A stretch of DNA of 64,000 nt. Origin: Candidatus Omnitrophota bacterium. GTDB taxonomy: Bacteria > Omnitrophota > Gorgyraeia > Gygaellales > Profunditerraquicolaceae. A program made the translations under genes and the position numbers. The stretch lies in contig JASEHM010000001.1 of the NCBI GenBank assembly GCA_030018895.1, positions 2,199-66,198 on the forward strand, in the 5' to 3' direction. The notes under the pieces are model-generated. The model worked only from the letters and a program-made list of their open reading frames with translations, searched no databases and was not told the DNA's origin. This document shows, one piece after another, positions 1-15,000 of this stretch (the stretch's first letter is position 1; each line of letters opens with the position of its first letter).

Positions 1-3000
1 CTTCAGATTTTAACCTATCTTAAAGGTTTTCAGCTTGACGTCCCAGAGGGATGTGCTGGAAATCCCCTACCTTCTCAAGGTTGGATTAATAAAGGAAAAA
101 TATCAGTAGGAAAAATATCAAAAGACATAGAACTCACAGGCTATTTCTCCTTTATTATAAATCCTGTACAGACAAATAGACGTAAGTTTCAAGCACAGGC
201 AATAGCCACAATCCCTTCAGAATTTTTAGGTATGGCTAAAGAAAAGGATATTGAAAAAATTGAGGTTAATTCAGCTACTTTTGGAGGAAGCGCTAAAGAG
301 CCTCTGGCGCGTACTTTAGGTACAGCGGACATATTTAGTAAAAGCAAAGAGAATAAAAATGATTTTGTGAATAGAATAGACGTTGATATTATTGCCAATA
401 AGAAAAATAAGGAAGAGGCTTTTTGGAATGTAAATCAAAAAACGCATACGTATTTTCAGCAAGGAAAAAAAATAGAAGAGAAATACACAGGTTGGATTGC
501 TGATCCTGGTGTAGTATTTCAAGATAATTTAGAAGTAAAACGCAAGATTAAACAAGAATTGGAGGCAATAGGTCTGAACAATGTTAATATATATTCAGAG
601 CCGAACATAGGAGCACATGTCATTCCCGCGAAAGAGGGAATCCAAGCGTCCGTCGGTGACTGGATGCCCGCTTTCGCGGGCATGACATCCGTTCCCCCGT
701 TCACTGACATATTACCAGATATTATCAGTAACAGTATCACTGTATACAGTCGTGATTCTAAAGGCGAATATGGAAAAAACCCATTTTTCTTTGGCCAGGA
801 ATCAACGCAAGATCCCTCCAGTGGATGGAGCGGCGCTTTTGTTTACGCAGATTTTAAAGGCGGGAACTCCCAAATAATCTATGATTATAACAAAGAAAAA
901 GTTGATAAATTAATAATCGGCGGCTTAATCAATCAAAATTCTACTGATGTACGTCTTATAATAGGAAGGGAAGACAAAGGCATTGAATTAACCAAGGACA
1001 AAGGAATTATTATATCAGAAGGGAAAACAGGCCTTTTAAAGGCTGTGCTTGATCATTATAATGGTGACAATAAACTGTTGAATCAGGAAATTAATGATTT
1101 TATTGTTGTTGCTTTGCCTAAACCTAAACAGGGATTTTTGCCAAACGCAATTACCACTCAAGAAAATATTACAGCTGCCTATAATGTTTTTCATTCAAAA
1201 ATTAATCCAAATGAACAAGATGAACAAGCAAAGAGCCAAACAAAATCTATAGAGAATGCACTTGCGCATTTACAGGGTAGTTATAATGAAGGCCTGAAAA
1301 CAAAAGTAATTAGCAACTTATCTTCTGCTGATTCTTCAGCCACGATAGGCGTTTTGACTCATCTTTGGACAAGCGATAACTACAATTTTGCTGTTAGTGA
1401 AATTATTGGTAAGGTTACCTTGTTTAATATCGGCAGTGACTTTAATGTGTACACTGATAATAGTGTTTTGACAGTTAAGGGTTTTGCCCGTCCTTATGAT
1501 TCTCGGGTAGGCTTTGACAATACAAGAATCATTAGTACGGTTGAAAAAAAAGACGATGATTACAATGTTGACCGTAAAATAGCCGCACTCTCGGGTTCAG
1601 AGGCAATTAATGAGCCAAAGATGAAACTTTTTGCTGATTTTAAGTTTCCTCTTGAAATGTTAATTTTGAATAACGAGAATAACAAAATCATATCAGCAGG
1701 AAAATTAACAAAAACAATAGAGTTTGTTGCTCGTAAGCTTGAGGGATCTGAAAAAGAAGGTTTTCATGTGACTCAGGATAGTTGGTTTCCTGTTTTGTTG
1801 GGTCACTTATTTAACCGTGACAAAGTTAAAAACTTCACAAAAGAAGAAATAGAAACAGCAAACAAAATGATAAAAGAGTTTAAAGAACAGCATTTTACCG
1901 GTAATATTTATCCCCAAATCAGGTTTTCTACGGATGACAAAGGCAGGCCGGATATATCTACTATATCTACGCTTTTTGTCGCAGGTTTACCTGAATCAAT
2001 TTCCGAAGTAAGTGGAAAGAAAATATATGTTCCCTCAGGAGAAAATAAAACCAGCAAAGTAATTACTCTTGGCGGCTTGCTTGGAGATGAAGGCCAATAT
2101 CAAGCTTGTTTGACGCCTAGAAATTATATTGCTAATAAAGAGCTCTTAGAAATATCCGGTTTAGCAGAGTCTAATGCCGCAGTATTTTTCCCTACTGTAA
2201 CAGGATTTTATGGCCGTATACCTCAAATAGGAGAAGTAGAGAATTTAGTATGGTCAGATAAGAGGCCACAAGGCAATGTTTCTTTAAAAATAATTGAAAA
2301 CTCTCCTTTTGAGCCGCTTTTTTGGGGAAAAGGAGGAATGCTTGGTAATGAGAAGCCTTCTGACTTTGGCTATAACAAAGAGATTAAATATCAGCAGTTT
2401 AACAAGGTTTTAACAGACGCTAGAGTTAATCAGGATGAAAAAAGCGGACATAATGTGCTAATAGGTCTTTATGGCCGTATGCAAGAAGGTAATGCTCAGG
2501 ATAAAATTTTTAATAGCTATAATGCTATTTTTCAACCTTTCTCAAAAGAAAAAAAATATTTTTCCTCCCGGATTATTGACAATACTCCTTACACAGAAAA
2601 CTTAAATTTTGCTAGTTTTGAAGGCATTGGTTCTTCAGAAGGAGGCATTAACTGGAATAAGGGAGAGATTGAAACAAGCATATTTGAGGGCAAACAGGAG
2701 TTTATGAGTCAAAAGATTGTCCCTAAGATTATATCCAATATAGTGTTTTTAGACTGGGATATAAAGAATTTTAAGATTGAGAAGGATTTAGCCTCTGGGA
2801 AGAAGAATAAGTCAGAAGGGCCTGTTCTTGATGGTTTTCTTTATCTACGTTTAGCAGAAGCAGAAAAAAAAGGGCTTTTACGCGGGGTTGTTTCTAAACT
2901 GAATGTAGAAGCAAAAGATGCAGGAGGGTATGCTTTAGCTTCTGGGAAGCTCTGGGAGGGTTTTGATTTCTTTAGCCCATCCGGAGGAGAGATAAATCCT

Positions 3001-6000
3001 TATTTTAGAGGACAAACCTTTTTAACTAACAATGCTGAGTGGCAGGTTAATTGCTGGGATAAAGAATCAGTTGAAGGGTTCAAAGATGGTAAGGGTAAAA
3101 TTAATCATATAAAAACAAACTCGGATAAGAAATTCACTGGTATTGATTTTGCAAATAAAGGGATTAAGCTTATTGATAGTGCTTTTCTGGCTCTTTACAT
3201 AGGCGAGGCTAAGAAAATTAAGTTTAGTGCAACAGGAGAACTTACCTTAGGCAAGGATACAAATTATGCCTTAAGTTTGTGGATAAATAATACTAATAAA
3301 AAGATAAGTAAGTTTTTGAACAATGTTAATAAGGGTTTAGGGTATCAGCTTGTTGTTAACCCTAAAACCAGAGATTTGGCAATAGGTAATACCCCCGAAA
3401 GCATTCCTTTTATCAAAGATGAAAAAATTAATCCGAAAATTTTTGAGAATTTCGCTTTTTCAATTATAGAAGAGGGAAAGATTAAAATCAGCAGAAATTT
3501 TGGGATTAATAATAAGGAAACAAGAGATATTATTCCTTTAGAAAAAACAAAAAATATCGCAAGCCTAACATCAGGTAGTATTCTTCCTTGGTATAAGGGA
3601 ATAAGGCAGATTCCGATTACTGCAGGGTATAATGATATTGCCATAAAGATTGATTCTTCTGGCTCAGGTAGTAAACCTTCTACTTCTAATAAATTAGCCA
3701 ATAGCTATTTTGAAATAGATCATGTTGCCCAGATTACTGAAACTGCAAATGAAGGAAAATACGGAAAGATAGGAGTGGTTAAAAAAGGGGAAAAACTTCA
3801 TTTTTCGTTAGTTACAGAAGAAGGCAAGGTTAAACTGTTTGATTTTGCTTATAAGATTGTTCCTGGGTTTGAGGGGGTAAATGTTAATCTTCCTCGGCCG
3901 GAATACTTTGGCCGTAAGGAAGAAAATGACATTGCTGTGCGGACAAATGGAGGAGAGTTTCTCAAATACGCTTCGGATGTATATATGAATAAAGGAAGAG
4001 CCAATGCCAATGGAGAGTGGAAGTTCTATGGGCATCGTCTGATAAAAATAAAAACGACTACGGATTCTTCTATTTTAGGGGCAGACAAAGATAATGCTGT
4101 TTCCCGACAGAATCGTTCCATAATCTTTAAAGATGATGAAGGGAAATTTGAAGTGAAAGGGATTGTGCCGGTTTATAAGAAATGGGGAGGCGATGTTGAG
4201 AATATTGGCACAATTGAACAATTACAAGACTCAAGCGGCCTGAAATGGAAGCGCTTAACAGGAAACATAGCTAAGTATTTAACTGCGGATAGTCAAAAAA
4301 ACTATAGCTGTAAAGGAAAATGGCAGGTACAATTTCCTGCTATTCTTTTAGAGAAAACAGACGATAATAAATATAATATTACAGGGGTGCAAATGCTGGT
4401 TGGCAAGGGAGGAGCTCCTTATAAGCTTCCTTCTGCGTCTTTGTCTGAAGGCAAAAAAGTAGGAAAACGGGCTGACAAAGCTGACAAAAAGGAATTAATA
4501 ACCACGCTTCGGGGTTTAGGCAGAGATATTGTTGAGCTTCCTAGAGGAAGTTATAGCATAAGGCTTGAGAATAAAGATAATAAATTTTCTTTAGGTAACC
4601 TTGATTATTCAGAATTAGGCACAATGAAAATAATTTTCCAGAAAAACTTAGCCATTCCGCATAATCAAAATGAGGTTTCTTATTTTTATCCTAAAAATAG
4701 CAAAGGAGAGGTAGTTTTGCATTACTTAGGAGACAGCCCTGTTGTAGAAGGTGTTCAAGGCGTTAAAGATCTGGTTCATATTAAGCATGATTCTTCCCAA
4801 AACACAGGGAATATAATACAGACATCTTATCTGGGTTTAAAACCGGAAGAAGTTTTGAAATTAATAAAAGAGAATCCAAGTGCACTAATTAAGGTAGGTA
4901 AATTTGGAGGAATTAAATCCGGGGAAAAAGCAGAAATTACCTGGATTAAAATGAGTAAAAATAACCTTCAAGGGGCGTATGATCCCAATGCCCCTTCTGA
5001 GATTGTTTTCGTAGATGGCAATTCCAAGGGAATTTATATAACTCCCCAGGGAGTAACAATTTCTTCTCTTGCGGAAAAAATAGAGATAAATGGCAAAAAA
5101 GTTGAAGATATATCTCCTGTTGGTGTATATTTTTATCGAGATGAAAAAGGGCAAAAAGGATTTTACTCCTGGGGTCCTTTAGGGACAAAAGAAATTAGAA
5201 TGTTGAAAGACGGAGAATTTAAATATTATACTATTCTTCCTGACGGCAGAAAGATTAATGGGCGGATAAATCCTAATCTTTTTAGTTTAGAAAATGCCAG
5301 CCTGATTAGTTTTTCCTCAGGTCAACTTGCTTTTGTCTATCAGGGGAAATTTTTTGTAGGAGAGGAAGAAATAAAGGCTTTAAATAAACTTCCCCAAGGA
5401 GTTTTAAATACAATTTTAAATGGACAGCAAACCCAGAAGATGTTTTCTGAATATGTCAAGGGGATTAAGGAAGCAGGAAACCCCAAAAAAGCAGAAGAGC
5501 TTAACAAGCATTTATTGTTTAGGGGTGGGGCTATTATAGACGATGAAAACCGAGATAAAGAAGCATTAGGGTTTGATATTTTTAGCCAGGAAATTAAGCA
5601 AAAAAGATTTAAAGATTTAGGAATATCTAAAAAAGATGAAGCTTGGCTGAGAAAAGAAGCTACTGAGCGTTTGCAAGGTTTAAGCCCGGAAAGTAAAGAA
5701 TATAAATACGGATACAGTAAGCTCTTTTCTGAATTTACCAATAAATGCGGCAAGCAGATGCTCGCTAAAGGATTTGTTCCTTTGGCTGTAGTTGATGATG
5801 CAGTAACTTGGGCTGATGCAGGAGTAGGGGTAGGGGCAACTGCGCTTGTTGTTACGGGTTGTGTTTTTGCGGCTCCTGTGATACTAGCGGGAGGGGCGGT
5901 AGGGGCGGTAGGGACAATACTTATAGGAACAGGCGTGAGTATAATAACAGGACTTGCAAATGCGGAATTGTTAAAATACTATACCACAGGCACGCACTTA

Positions 6001-9000
6001 GACTTTCTCGATGGCGGCATTGTAGCTGGCCTATCAGTTATTCCTGGAGGAGGAGTAGTAGGCCGGCTTGCTGCTCCTGCAGTAAAACAGTTTACTAACT
6101 TGATACGGCCACTAGGAGGAATTTTAGAAAAAGCAAAGTGGGTTCCTGTTATAGGAAAAGCTTTAGGAAAATTAAAAGAAAAAGTTTCTCCTGTTACTGA
6201 GATAGGACAGAACATAGCGCAACACACTCCACAGGGCCTAAAAATCGGGCTTAAGGCTATTTCCTCTCCGTCTTCAATGGCTTATATTTCTTATCAAACA
6301 GGCAATATAGCAAAGATTACTACTTCTCCTTCTGTCTATTATTTAGATGGCCAGGTATATATCCCGGATAAACATAGGGCATTCCGGCCTTTAGGCTTCG
6401 GACAAGGAACATTTGCCTTAGCCACAGGTTATGTCTTAGGCGGGACCGGGCCCTTGGCAAGGGGAATTAGCACAACAGGAATTCCCGTAATAAGTAAGGT
6501 GGTATCTCAGGGATTGTTATGGGGTACGACTTCTACAATTGTAAGAACAGCAGGCCAATGTTTTCAAGGCAATGGCGCCAGACTTACAGCTGATGACATT
6601 GCAGGATTTTATTGGGATGGTTTTAAAAGCGGTATGATATTTGGCGGTATTTTTGCAGTGGGTTCTGGAGTAAGTAGATTAGGCGCTTTAGCCAAAAATC
6701 CTTTAACAAGTTCAACCATAGGGACAATAAGTCAATTCGGCGTTTTAGTTAACAAGTATCCTTTAATAAGCTCAACCATAGGAGGCGCAGTAGGATTTCC
6801 ATTAGCTAAGACAGTTATAGAAAGCGGATTTTCTTTAGACAACCTCTATTCTAATTATTCTGATCCTGTTAATTATCTTAGAGGAGCAATTATTGGCGCA
6901 GGAATAGGTTTTGGGTATGGAAATTATACTGGCATAGGCAAGGGTTTATTAAAATCATTAGGCGCGGGTGTGCTTAAGAATGGCAATTTCTTTAGCCGGG
7001 GACTCTATGGCGGGTCCGTAGGACTGGCAACAGGCATGACAGGAAATGTTTTACAGGGAAATTATATAGGAAAGGATCATTTGGGAATAAAGCTAGCAGT
7101 AGATAGCGCAGGGTATTTTCTGATAGGAGGTTTAACTGCGGCATATTTAGGTGGACAAGGTAAAAATATTGTTAAAGAATTAGCTGGAACAGAAGCTAGG
7201 GAAATAAAAGTGTTTCATACCTTTAAGCTTAAACCTGCTGTTGGCACAGAGCTTCTTTATAATCAGGCTTTGGCTGGCGCTATTGAATGGACTTTGGTTA
7301 GCCCTGCATTTACTGCAGGCGGCGCTTTTTGGGAAGGGTTAAAGGGAAGTTGGAAATATTATGGTAAGGAATTAAGCGCAAAAGATGAAAAGCTATTTAA
7401 GAATTTTGTTTGGTGGCAACCCGGGACATGGGTAATGCAGGTTCCAAGTGAAGATGGAGGGTATGGATTTAAGAATTTAACCTGGGGAAGCGTACTTGAG
7501 TCTGCAATTGCAGGGCCAGAATCAGGTTTATGGATGAAGCCAATGTTTGGGGTGTTTCAGACAAAAGGGAACAATCCGGTTATAGGAGAAGGAGGAATAA
7601 TCCGCAAAATTATAAATGTAACAACTTGGGGAGGTGCAAAGGTAGCTGACAAGTGGAAATCTGTAGGGAGAATAGCTGAGAAGGCATTCAAGATCAGCCT
7701 TAAACCAGGAGAAAGTTTTAGCGAACGATTTGTTTCCAGCAGGGCTTATTCTGCGCTTGCAGCTCAGTCTGTTTTTTCATCTCTCTGGAAACAAGGATTA
7801 AAAACAAAAGCTGTAATAAATGGTTTAACGCCTTTTGTTAGCTGGATTGATTCTTCGGTAATCTGGATGCCGGGGTTTGTTACTGGCATTGGGGCTGGTA
7901 TAGATATGGCTGACAAAGCAGCTGCAAAATCTGTTGGTGTTTATAAGGTTAGTCCTCAGGAAACTGAACAGGGAACTGTTTATTCCCGCACAGGCTATGT
8001 ACCAGAAGGAATAAAGTCTTATGTTAACTGGCTGTTATTTTTTATGATTCCTTCTTATGAGCCTTCTTTAAAAGAAAGATTAGGCAAAGCCTTGTCCTCT
8101 CCAGAAAAAGATAATTTTTATAGCTTAATGAACGCAATCAGAGAATCTGGCGCTGGCTCATTAGAGAACGTAGTAAAAAAGAGCCAGATTTATACTTCTT
8201 TTGAGCAGACTAATCAAGAACTAATACAAAGGATATTAAAGAAGACTTTTAAACTTAGTGAGGAAGATGTAAAAACAATTGCAGAAAGCGGTCCAGACTA
8301 CGTAGATGTATTACCTATATTAGAACAATCCGTAGGTAAAGTAAAAATAGATACCATAAAAGATTTTTTAAGCAAGTTCCAAAGCGCGCAGGAGAATTAT
8401 AACCGAACAGATGAAAATAATAAAAATATTCAGGATGCGGAAAAAGATATTAATGAAGCGTTAAATATTGCCGCAAAACAGCAGGATACAACGTTTAATT
8501 CTGCTGAAAAAACAAAAGCCCGCAAAATTCTCAAAGATGTTTTAGGCAATTTTGAGGTTTTACCTAAGCAGACTTATGAAAATTTAAATCTGATTAGAGA
8601 TAGTATAGCGAGAGGCACTGGGTTAAGGGGAGTTTTAGCGATGTCTTTGGATTCAGCGCTGAAATTAATGGAAGATTGTGCTACTCATAAAAAATTGAAT
8701 AATATTAAATCCGGCAATCCCAGGGAATTTGAATTTAAATTTGGCGGAGATTTAATAAAGTTAGAATTAGCAGTTACTAACGACCTTATTAATAAAGCTA
8801 CGGATATAATTAAAGAGAGGCTGCGCTTAAAAGGAGAGTTTAAAATAGATTTTAAGCAAAAGTTAACTGAGATTAAAAAGTTCTTTAACCGTATTTTAGA
8901 GAAAGATATTCCCAATGAAAAATTGCGTCAGGCAGAAGTAGAAGGCTTGATGATTAAAGTTGACTTCTTAAAGGAAGCTCAGAGCAAAGCAGAAAATAAA

Positions 9001-12000
9001 GACACAAGAGAATATAATAAAGAATACTGGAAAGCAGAAATAGCAGTACAATCAGCATATCTTGAAGGAAGGCCTTTTGAGAGCAAAGACGTTTTAAAAA
9101 AAGCTGTTTCAAAGGCGATTAAAGAATGCGCTAAAGGGGAATCCAATGAGTTGAAGGAGTTAGTAAATAAGATTAGCCAGCGGTATTTTGGAGTTGAGAT
9201 AGAAGAAGGAAAAATAAAGGCGTTTTTGGAAAAGGTTTTACTAGATCATGTAAAAGAAAATGGCGCGCATAAGCCAATAGAAGAAGTTGGGGATATTTTG
9301 GAAATGTTTGAAGCAGGGCATCTCCATGTGTCAGAGAAAATAGGCATTGAGGCATTACGTGGACTTTTAGAGAAGCATAATCTTACCAGAGTTTCAAAAG
9401 ATGCTGAAAAATTAATGAAATTAGAAGAATTAATAAAAAAAGATAAAAAAGAACTAAGTGAAGAAGAAAAAGAATTAATAGAAAATGAGCGGGTTAAAAG
9501 AGGAATAAACAGATCTAATACTTGGAACAAGTCTATATACAAAGAATGGCAAAAAATTAGCGAAGAAATCAGCAAAGAACCTACCATCACCATAAAGTCC
9601 AAGGGTAAAGAAGTAATGCTTTTGGTTCCTGTTTTAGCGCGGCTTTCTCCTAAGATTGGCCATATGTATAACTTACGCTATGTTAGGGAAGTAATAAATG
9701 GCTATAAAGAAATTCTCAGTAAGGTAGAAATTAAAGCAGGATTTGAAAATAAAAATGAAAAAGAAGTTTTGGAGTTTAAAAAAGACAATTTATCTAAAAA
9801 AGAACTTAAAAAAATGGGTATCTTTTTGGATAAAATAAATAAATATTTAGAGAAAACTGCAGAACAAAATGATAAACCTTTAGAGTTATTAAAGGAGATT
9901 CAAAATAAAGAAATAGAAGATTGTGTGGCTTTGGTTATGGCTGATTATTTTAACTTTGCAAAACAAAAACTCGAGAGTCTTGGGAAAAAATTTAGTCCAG
10001 AGATTGCTGTAGGCCAATTAAAAATGATTCTTGGGTTTCAAGAAGGATTTAATGTTCATCAAAAGGCAGGAGGCGCTAAAAGTGATGCGTTTTTGGTGGA
10101 AATGGTAATAAATAATCTTTTAGGGAGACAGAACGGAAGCATCCCAAATCAAATTTTAATAGCAAAATGCTCTGTTGAGCAAAAAGGCATTATTGAAGAC
10201 AACAAAGGTAATGTGCAAATGAAAAAGTTTGTAGAACGTTATGATCTTAGATTAGAAGATGGAGATAAGCTTTCTTTATCCAATGGCATAGATCGAGGAT
10301 TGACAAACGCTTTAAATACAGGGAAGAAAATTGTGGTATTTAGCATGGAAAATTTCGGGCATTTAAGAAATAAGCTGAAGGAAACGAGTTTGCAGGACGC
10401 TATTTGTAATCAGGATGTAGTTAGATTTGATGAATTTCACATACCTTTTTCTGATAAAGCTACCTTTATTCTTTCTGATCAGGAAACAGCAGCGCTTCAG
10501 GGAAAGTTTATTATAAGAGCAGAAGATGCGCATAAGAAGCTTACTAAGGTACTTAAAGAAGGAAAGTTGAAAGAAATCAAAAATCCTGAAGATGCAATAG
10601 AAAATAATGATAAAGAAGCATTAATTCTTCTTGATAGCCAGGGAAAATTCCTTGGTTTAACCCGGAAAGCAGTAGGTGATTTAAAACCGCTTGGAATAAC
10701 TGAGGCTGAGATAAGCGCGTTTTTTACTGCCCGGGACCAGAATAGGTGGACGTTAACAGAGACGGGAGATAAGATTATTCCTAAAGGCGCGAGAGGCACT
10801 GCTGAAAACTCAAAGATTTTTAGCGACAGATATTTTCTGGCTGCGGTGTATGCTAAAATAAAGACAGAAGGAGCAGGTATTTTAAATAGTAAAGGAGAAA
10901 AGATTCAGCTGGATAATAAAAAATTAGAGATAATAAAAAACAATTTAAAGGTTTCAGCAGCTTCTTCCCATGCAACATTATCTGAGGTCCTGCGATTTAA
11001 ACAAGGCGCTTCAGTGTTAGGCGCTTCTGGAACAATTGAGACACTTGAGTCTATGTTGCTTTTTAATTTAGGCAAAGGCATAGTTGTTGCCAGTGAAACT
11101 AAGGATTTAACAAGCGCAGAAGTAAAGAAAGTTGCGGATTTAGAAAAAGGCTATAAGGAGATAGAGAATTTGTTAAAATCAAGCACAAGCACTATAGTTT
11201 TTGTAAAGGATACCAAAGTAATGGAGGAGTTAATTCAAAGGGTAGGGTTATTGCAAGGAAGGAAGATTAAAATTATAAATGAACATACTACGGATAAAGA
11301 AATAAAGAAAATCGAGCAGGATATAGGCAAAAAGAAAAATAAGAATTGGATTGTCATTTCTAATCAGCGCGGAGCAACAGGCATAGATTACCAGGGAAAT
11401 TTTGATGTAGTGGTATTTGACGGGCATAACTGGAGCAATTCGGATTTATTGCAAGCAATTAATCGGAACTTAAGAAGCGTTGACGCAGTAGGAGAGAGAA
11501 AAGTTTTGTTTGAAAGTAAAAAGTTATTGTCAGAAAAGAATATCCCTGGGGAGACATGGAAAGAGTTAACAGAGAGAGTTAAGCTGGACAATAACTTAGC
11601 AAAAGACCCAGATAAAGCAGGCTTGGATTACAGCGCCCGGATGAGAGATGCTTTGGAGATTTCAGAGTCTTTGGTATTCCAGATTGGCGAAGCAGCGCTT
11701 TCGCGCGGTTTAATTGAACATCTAAAAAAGATGTATGATCTGGCGCAAACCAGCAACGAGACATTGCAGGCAAATAAAATTGAAGAACTGCTTAAGGAAG
11801 CAATTAAGTATGAGGAAAGATATCATCTGGAATTGGCAGATATTGGACAAAAACCCGAAAATAGGGTAAAGGCTGCATTGCAAAATGCGGCGAATAAAAT
11901 AAAAGAAACTATGAATAAAATTAAGGAAGATACAGATATGCCTGGTTCTATTAAAACGTATGCCAGCGAAGTTCTTAGTGAAATTGATTTTATCTTAACT

Positions 12001-15000
12001 AATGAAGGTTATAACGCCATATCTCCTAATTATAATTGGTCATTGCAGAATGCAGTAAGTCTTTTAGGCGTGGCTCGGGTAGCTAAAAGATTGGATTTCC
12101 TTAAAAATATCTATACTGAAGAGATTAAGAATTCTAGTGTTAATTCATATAGCGCTGTTATACAGATGGTAGAACATGCAATAAACAATGAATCTGGCGC
12201 ATCTAAGAAAGGAAAGGCAAAATTGCCTTTAGAAGGCAGGCAGGAAATTTTAAGAAATGCTGAACATTTAAGAAATATGTCTAATGGTTCCAGAGGAGCT
12301 CCTCTGGCAAGGCAGACTCTCATTGATTCCATTTTAAAATATATCCCTGCCTCAAGTTCAGGCTATAATACGCTTAATCTAAGCAGCATCATAAATAATC
12401 AGTTTGTCCCGTCTCAGAACAGCCAATTTAATCCTATAAATGCTAATTATACAACCTTAGAGGATTATCAAAAGTTAGTTAGTCTCATAAATACAATAAT
12501 AAATTCTGAAGCAATAAAAGAAATACCATCCTTAGATACTGCCCCGATTAATCGATATGCTATTGCTGATGCATTAGTTTCATTAGTTAATCCTAATCAT
12601 ACGTATTCTTCATTAAACAGTGCTTTAGATACCTATAATTTACTTACAAAAGGAGCGCAAAATGCTTTGAATACCGCCATTACATCCAATTCGTTTGTAT
12701 TAAATATATTTTTAGCCCAGCACCAGGATGTTTTAGATGATTTAACCGACCTTGAGAAATATAGATATGCTACTGATGCCTTTAGATCTGTTATCACCAA
12801 AGAAAATTTATTCACCTCTAATCAAATAACCCGGTTAAATAAGATTACGGACAAATTTGTTAATATAATGATGAAGTTAATTAAAAACCGCGATTCACTC
12901 CAGATAGAAAAATACAGAGAGCCTACTAGCAGTCAGGTTAAGGGTTTTGTAACCCAATTATTAAAATCTTTTGACAACAAGACTAATTATTTAGCAGCGT
13001 ATCAATTACTCTTTTCAAAGGTAATGTATAAAGAACCCAAGATTAAGGAGTATTTAAAGGAACTTATACTAAAGGCTAACCGCGACCAGACAGATTTTGA
13101 GAAAGAAATTATATTGCCTGTTTATTATTCTTCCTTTAATAATGCAAGCCTTAAGGAATTTAGCGCTGTCAGGCTAGATGTTTTATTGACAAACTATTTA
13201 CAAACAGAAGTTGATGAAGAGAAGAAAGAGTTAGAACGCAGGTATCTTTTCTTAAATAGGTTGAATAAAGATAAAGTAGAATCTATTAAAAAATATCTTA
13301 AGAAGGCGCAAGATTCATTAGAAACAAAAGGCGAAGTATTGGAAAATTTCTCAGGTAGATATGAACAATTTGCAAGAGATGTTAGCGAGATCAACAGCGG
13401 CTATAGCGCAGTAGAAATGGATTTCCTTGCAGATATGCTAAAGGATAGGTATTACAGGAGTTATTCGGTAATGGCAGAGTTAAACAAAAATGCGAAAGAC
13501 AGGATCTTCGAATTGTTTGATAAGTTGAATATATCTTATGATAAGAACAGCATAAATTTATCCACAGCAATAAAAACAATGAATATGCTCTTGGAAGGTA
13601 ATAAAAACATCAGCGAACAGAACCCTGACTTGTTAAGAACTTTAAAAACCTTTAAGTGGATTGATTATCACACAGGCCTTAGGGATAAAATGGGTATCTG
13701 GTATGCGCCATATTTTAGGGCTGAAATGATGCAAAGGTATATGCAGGGGCTGATTGATTATCCGCAAGAGCTTTTAGATGCAAGAGAGGAGTTGCAGAAA
13801 AAGGTAAAAGAGGAAGTATTAACCGGAGACATAAGCAAGGAGTATCTTAAAGAAGTAGCGCCGACTTTAGTTAGAAGGCTTAAGGAAATTTTAGATGAAG
13901 AAGAACAGGTTATATCGAAGATAAAAGATAAGTCCAGACAAGAACGAAAGAATAAAGAAGAACAATTGCGGAAGGCAAAAGACGCACTTGGAGAATTTGA
14001 AAAAAATCTTGAACAGGAAAACGTTACGCTTGAGAAACTTTATGCAGGGTTTAAGCAAATCAACCAAACCAATAAATCTTTGGAAGTTGAAATTCTTCCT
14101 TTTGAAGAGCAGGAAAAACCAGAAATAAACGGCAGGAATGATGATTTTGGAAGAGGTGATATTACACCTAACTGGCTGATAAGGCTTAATCTTAAGTTAT
14201 TTTATGACCCAGCTAAAGGCAGAGGTGTTTTATTAAACCCAGGCGATTGGAGAGAAGATGTAAAAGGAGTAGCGCTTTTCCATGAAATTACCCATAGTTT
14301 CTGCGATTGGTTAGGTGAACTTTCAGGTATTGAGCGCCTGAAAATAGGTAATTCTGATAATGAAGGCATAATTGATTCCATAACAAAGAAAGATAATCTT
14401 GGTTCTATGACTCCGTTTGCGCGTAAGGAATTTTTTAAGTTTGGTGATTTGGAAGATAAAGATGGGAGTTTTGCAAAAAAGTTACAAGGAGCATATGATC
14501 TAACAAAAGGAATCTTTATGGAGAAAACCAATCAGGTATCCAAAGATATAAACGCTAATATTTTTCAAGACCATACGAAAACCCCTTCTTCTAAAGAAGA
14601 ATATACTAAGCTGGGTAAGTTACTTGTAGAACAAAGAAAACTTAGAGAATTAAAAGAAGATGTATTTAAAGGAGAAAAGACTGCTAAAGAGGTTGAAGAA
14701 CTATTAAATGATAAAAAAGAATGGCAGAAAATAATTGGACAAGAGGTAAGAGAGGCAAAAGACGATAAAAAACACAGTGCGCTTTGTAATGAAAATGCCC
14801 CTTCCTCTGCAGTATCTTTTACTCAACAACCTAATAAATCTGATATTGGCGCGGCGATTCAGGCGTGTTCTATGCCAATTGAGTTTGAAGATGAGATGAG
14901 GATGCTTTGGGAGGAGTGGAAGGAGCGGCTTAAAAGTATTATTCCCGCAATCTTTAATTTTAGAACAGCCCTTCTTCTTCCTCAGGGAATATTAGTAATT

